Virus record (IMG/VR): IMGVR_UViG_3300029288_000157
Strand: one strand, 5' to 3'
Source: an uncultured virus (IMG/VR IMGVR_UViG_3300029288_000157)
Lineage: Duplodnaviria > Heunggongvirae > Uroviricota > Caudoviricetes
Length of the DNA: 20,000 nucleotides
Positions within the stretch are counted from its first letter, which is position 1; each line of letters opens with the position of its first letter. Of this stretch, positions 16,124-20,000 are shown piece after piece. Position numbers and translations under genes: made by a program. The notes below the pieces were generated by a model. That model saw nothing but the letters and a program-made list of their open reading frames with translations, was not told the DNA's origin and ran no database searches.

Positions 16124-16938
16124 AACATCACGAATATTCCTTCAAGTGATAAATTTGCAGCATCTTTGTTGCTTCCATTTGCATCTGTTGTTATTTCAAT
16201 AATACTTCCGGTTTTCACTATGTAATTTGTAGTATCAATATACACTTCAGTTGATATCCATGATTGCGCAACTTCTGTCCCTGCATTACTATTTGCTGTG
16301 CAAATTTTGTTGTCATCAACACTTACATTCACTCTTGGTTGATTTGCTCCTGTGTCAATAGTATGGGATCGATGCTTAAATTCTACTAACCTAGATTCAC
16401 CAAGATTCCACGCGCATGATGCAAACATTAACGTATCTAACATGCTGCCACTAGAAGTATTTGCAAATACTCCACTAATAAAGAAATTCCATTGATATAC
16501 GCGAGTCATATCACTGTATTGTAATTCATCGTCATACGAAGATGTCATTGGTGCTCCAGATATAGTTACTGTTCCACTACTATAATTAGTAATTATTCCG
16601 TATACCCATGAACCTGCAGTTTCCCTATATCTTATTGGCCTTGATTCAACAAAAATTCCTTGATTAGTAGCATTGTCAGTAACAGTAAAGGATGAGTCGC
16701 TTGCCCGTGTAAACGCACCACCAGCATACCAAGTATCCGCTGTTGCATTTGTGGATAGTGCCCACTTTAGTCCAGTTGCAGTGGTATCATCCAGTGTGAG
16801 CACGTAGTTGTTCGTTGCCGGGGTTAGTGTATCCACTGTGGCATTTCCCGTCCCAACCAGTATCTGTCCCTTTGCTGTAATAAGTGACTTCACTATTGCG
16901 TTTCCAATAGTTAATAGATTAGATGCTGATAATGCCAT
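16120..16938 (-). CDS. Tail fibre-like structural protein
   Basis: TAKGQILVGTG...YVLT.D....GLKW fibre motif; Thr/Ser/Gly-rich and beta-rich. Confidence 0.65.
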   Translation of the reverse strand: MALSASNLLTIGNAIVKSLITAKGQILVGTGNATVDTLTPATNNYVLTLDDTTATGLKWALSTNATADTWYAGGAFTRASDSSFTVTDNATNQGIFVESRPIRYRETAGSWVYGIITNYSSGTVTISGAPMTSSYDDELQYSDMTRVYQWNFFISGVFANTSSGSMLDTLMFASCAWNLGESRLVEFKHRSHTIDTGANQPRVNVSVDDNKICTANSNAGTEVAQSWISTEVYIDTTNYIVKTGSIIEITTDANGSNKDAANLSLEGIFVML

Positions 16939-16941
16939 GAT

Positions 16942-17490
16942 CTAGACCTCCGTTCCCAAGCACGCTGGTTTAGTTGGCCACACTATATTATCAGGATCTT
17001 CGAAGTCAGTTGGAATGTCCCGCAGAGCCTTTCTATAGTCCTTACACAAGTTTTTGTCTTCTGCTCCTAATGGCGAATCTGAAACATGAGTCCAATCACA
17101 CTCTCTTAACAGTTCACCTCTTACAACTCTTACTGCTGACCATTTATTATCAACACTGGCCATGCACAGGGTAATATCATCTTCATATTGATCTTGTGCT
17201 GCTGTTGTTAATGCAGCATTGTCAATATTAATTTGCCTGTTCGCCTCTTGTAAAACTGATACTTCTTCCTCTAAATGTGTTAAATATGCAAGATATGCTT
17301 GTTTTCCAGTATATTCAGCATACTCTGTTGGTCTGTCAATAGTCTCATTTTTGAGGCCATTTATTTCAGCGTTCTTTGCAGCAATCAAAATATTGTTTTC
17401 TTCCATGGATACTAATTCTGGTTCTGTCATGGTCACCTGTTCTAATGCTATTTTTTCTAATTCAATTAAGTAGTCCTCATATTCTGACAT
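16942..17490 (-). CDS. Tail fibre assembly chaperone with N-terminal coiled coil
   Basis: C-terminal WxxVRxxRxxLLxxCDWT...DSPL...YRKALRDIP...IVWPTKP is the phage tail assembly chaperone pattern. Confidence 0.85.
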   Translation of the reverse strand: MSEYEDYLIELEKIALEQVTMTEPELVSMEENNILIAAKNAEINGLKNETIDRPTEYAEYTGKQAYLAYLTHLEEEVSVLQEANRQINIDNAALTTAAQDQYEDDITLCMASVDNKWSAVRVVRGELLRECDWTHVSDSPLGAEDKNLCKDYRKALRDIPTDFEDPDNIVWPTKPACLGTEV

Positions 17491-17494
17491 TTTA

Positions 17495-18478
17495 TCACAT
17501 TCCTATCATCATTGGTGAGGTTCCAACTGATACCCCTGATCCTGTTGGTAATGTCACTTTAAAGCCTTCAATAACATCATATCTATTCGTTCCATTATAT
17601 CCTCCCATAACATAGATATAATTGCCAACTGATGCACAACCAGTGTAATATTTGGCAACGGACAATACAGGTTCTTCTGTTAGTGCTGTTAATTCTCCAG
17701 TTGAAGGGTTTACAGAAAAACCTTCTATTACATTAGTTGCTGCTGTAGTATATCCTCCCATAACATAGATATAATTGCCAACTGATGCGCAACTAACTCC
17801 ATATTTGGCAACGGACAATACAGGTTCTCCTGTTAGTGCTGTTAATTCTCCAGTTGAAGGGTTTACAGAAAAACCTTCTATGGTATCGACTATTCCTGTA
17901 GATGCACTTCCGCCGAACGCGTAAATGAATTTGCCAACTGATGCGCAACTTATAGCATGTTTGGCAACGGATAACGTTGGTTCTCCTGTTAACGCCGTAA
18001 GTGCTCCGGTTGAAGAGTTTACGCTAAAGCCTTCAATAACATCATATCTATTCGTTCCATTATATCCTCCCATAACATAGATATAATTGCCAACTGATGC
18101 ACAACCAGTAGCAAATTTTGCCGCTGATAAATTGGGTTCTTCTGTTAGTGCTGTTAATTCTCCAGTTGAAGGGTTTACAGAAAAACCTTCTATTACATTA
18201 GTTGCTGCTGTAGTATATCCTCCCATAACATAGATATAATTGCCAACTGATGCACAACTAATAGACTGCTTACCCGCTGATAAATTAGGTTCTTCTGTTA
18301 GTGCTGTTAATTCTCCAGTTGAAGGGTTTACAGAAAAACCTTCTATTACATTTGTTGAACTTGTTGTTAAACCACCGAATGCGTAAGTGAATTTGCCAAC
18401 TGATGCGCAACCAAAAGCATATTTTGTAGCAGATAGAGTGGTTAATCCAGTTAATGCAATTAGCCTTCCATCCGGCAT
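17495..18478 (-). CDS. Kelch-like six-bladed beta-propeller, probable receptor-binding protein
   Basis: Six 51-52-aa repeats LS..K....CASVG.YIY..GG......IEGFSVN.STGELTALT. Confidence 0.8.
   Translation of the reverse strand: MPDGRLIALTGLTTLSATKYAFGCASVGKFTYAFGGLTTSSTNVIEGFSVNPSTGELTALTEEPNLSAGKQSISCASVGNYIYVMGGYTTAATNVIEGFSVNPSTGELTALTEEPNLSAAKFATGCASVGNYIYVMGGYNGTNRYDVIEGFSVNSSTGALTALTGEPTLSVAKHAISCASVGKFIYAFGGSASTGIVDTIEGFSVNPSTGELTALTGEPVLSVAKYGVSCASVGNYIYVMGGYTTAATNVIEGFSVNPSTGELTALTEEPVLSVAKYYTGCASVGNYIYVMGGYNGTNRYDVIEGFKVTLPTGSGVSVGTSPMMIGM
17561..18462 (-). repeat. Coding tandem repeat, 153-156 nt units with a higher-order period of about 465 nt
   Basis: The ~85-nt block starting AAAGCCTTCAATAACATC at 17561 recurs identically at 18026. 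TTAGTGCTGTTAATTCTCCAGTTGAAGGGTTTACAGAAAAACCTTCTAT occurs four times. Confidence 0.9.
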
Positions 18479-18479
18479 A

Positions 18480-20000
18480 TTAAGACCTCGTGTAAGTTAT
18501 CATCCAACCTAACACTGTGATATCCCCAGTGTAAGTATCATCGCCTTCTCGTCGCATTCTCAATTGCACCCAGTCTCCTGCTGATGGCGTATTTCCTATT
18601 GTTATAGCAGACGTAGCATCCATTTTAATGATTTTTCCTGCTATACTACTTGCTACTGTATAAGTGCTGGTCTGTGATGTTCCAAAATCTGTATCTCCAG
18701 CATCTCCACTAGCATATGAAACGGCAGACAATCCAAGTATTATAGTATGATTGCTCGCATCTGTTGATGTGGGAACATAAATATATGGGATAGCAGTTAT
18801 TGTTCCTCCTCCGTAATCAGCAGGCAATGGACAACCCCATTCATGATAAATATCATTAGCACTTGCTGGAAATGTGGTTCCTCTGATATTTACCTTGTAA
18901 GTAGCAGTTTCGGTTGTTAAAAATCCCCCTGCTGGAGATGTTGTAGAATCCCATCCTCCTGCTAATGACAGAAAAATCTCATTGGTTGCTGAAGTGGTTG
19001 CTACAGTAGCCCACTCAAGTGTAGAAGCACCTGTTTTCAGAATCTGACCACTAATTCCCTTTGCTAGTATACTTGCTGCATCATTACCAGTTCCGACCAC
19101 AAGATCTCCCTGTGCATTCCACAAAGCGTCCGTTGCCAGTGGGTTACTTGGGGCGAAGCCAGTATGACCTGCTGCTGCATATGAGAGGTTAGTTAAATCA
19201 GTATGACTAACTGCTGTTGATCCAACAAATGGAATGTTCCATGATGATTGAATATCTGCTGGAGTTGATGCCCCATACAATATAATTACCTTTGCCGATA
19301 ATATAGCAAAATTGTTCAGTAAGGCTGGCGCAGTGGGTGGTTGTTCAATTTGTGCAGCAATAAGCGAATTATCATGCTGTTGTCCATACTGAACATGTAA
19401 CGTTCCATCATACATAACATATACATAATGTGTACTGTATGTACCAACATCAATAGTTCCAGGAGTTCCAGTTCCATCATCGTAATTATTTGCTATTAAA
19501 TCTGTTTGTGATGCGGTTTGAATCCATTCATTTGGAGTAGCACTTCTGCACCAGTATGTAAATGTATCAGAGACATTGGTATTTTTAGCAGGAGTTGTAA
19601 TAGGATTAAGTCCAGAATAAAAGTTTCCATCGGTTGTCTGAACCTTTAATCCGGTTGGGCACGAAACAATAGCACCGGAGACATGGTTAAACCCTTCTGT
19701 TACCAGTTCCATTTCCTGAATACGACTTGCTATATTACAGATATTCGTTCCAGACTGCAAAATGGACAGGTCATTGCCTCCAACACCATTTCGGTACACT
19801 TGTCCAAGTGAAAACATATTTGTAAACTTTATATCAGAACGAGTAGTCGTGGTTTTAATTATAGGAGTTCCACCATTGTAATCGACATAAATGTAATTTA
19901 TAGATTCATTAACCAGATCCAATGCAGTGTTTTCGCTCCATGCAAACGACTTTATATCACCAGTAATAGAATCTGTGGTCCTTATAAATCCAGTTCCTGC
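18480..20000 (-). CDS. Long tail fibre/structural protein, partial (5' end beyond window)
   Basis: Frame is open to 20000 (AGTGFIRTTDS...). Contains HTDLTNL..A..GHTGF and AQGDLVVGTG...GQILK...LEW fibre motifs and a C-terminal beta-sandwich-like domain. Confidence 0.75.
   Translation of the reverse strand, partial: AGTGFIRTTDSITGDIKSFAWSENTALDLVNESINYIYVDYNGGTPIIKTTTTRSDIKFTNMFSLGQVYRNGVGGNDLSILQSGTNICNIASRIQEMELVTEGFNHVSGAIVSCPTGLKVQTTDGNFYSGLNPITTPAKNTNVSDTFTYWCRSATPNEWIQTASQTDLIANNYDDGTGTPGTIDVGTYSTHYVYVMYDGTLHVQYGQQHDNSLIAAQIEQPPTAPALLNNFAILSAKVIILYGASTPADIQSSWNIPFVGSTAVSHTDLTNLSYAAAGHTGFAPSNPLATDALWNAQGDLVVGTGNDAASILAKGISGQILKTGASTLEWATVATTSATNEIFLSLAGGWDSTTSPAGGFLTTETATYKVNIRGTTFPASANDIYHEWGCPLPADYGGGTITAIPYIYVPTSTDASNHTIILGLSAVSYASGDAGDTDFGTSQTSTYTVASSIAGKIIKMDATSAITIGNTPSAGDWVQLRMRREGDDTYTGDITVLGWMITYTRS

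Noticed and set aside
767..17615. Antisense or alternate-frame ORFs in the track (for example 767-1132, 2997-3281, 3608-3904, 7126-7383, 11894-12196, 11937-12290, 13463-13846, 16974-17615)
   Set aside because: They overlap better-supported genes and carry no recognisable motifs or start signals.
17495..18478. Kelch DNA repeats as a CRISPR array or DGR template/variable repeat pair
   Set aside because: The repeats are in-frame coding units without unique spacers, the differences are not confined to adenines, and there is no reverse transcriptase in the window.

Overview
The window looks like part of a tailed virus (or provirus) of an archaeon, most plausibly a methanogen. This is inferred from an archaeal-type ThyA, a PCNA ending in IAPRIE, an MCM-like AAA+ protein, an XPF/ERCC4 nuclease, TATA-box promoters and GGTGA/GGAG ribosome-binding sites. 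Positions 1-10.7 kb (+) form a nucleotide-metabolism and replication module: a probable radical-SAM C-terminus, a terminase-like ATPase fragment, thymidylate synthase, PCNA, a class II RNR carrying a 147-aa mini-intein, an SPPY DNA methyltransferase, XPF and an MCM-like helicase. Positions 15.2-20 kb and 11.05-11.4 kb (-) are tail/adsorption genes: fibres, two six-bladed propeller proteins, a tail assembly chaperone and a BppU-like protein. Between them lies an opposite-strand block (11.4-15.2 kb) encoding a metallophosphoesterase, several small Cys-rich paralogues, a coiled-coil protein and a glycosyltransferase. The most unusual non-coding signal is a ~110-130 bp element present twice in inverted orientation (11450-11580 and 12988-13097). 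Each copy has a TATA box, a TTAG-N3-CTAA palindrome, a conserved GTGCCCCA, a variable core, a hairpin of different sequence and a T-tract, suggesting a pair of ~44-nt viral small RNAs or a shared regulatory module. All family assignments are from motif recognition by eye, not database searches.
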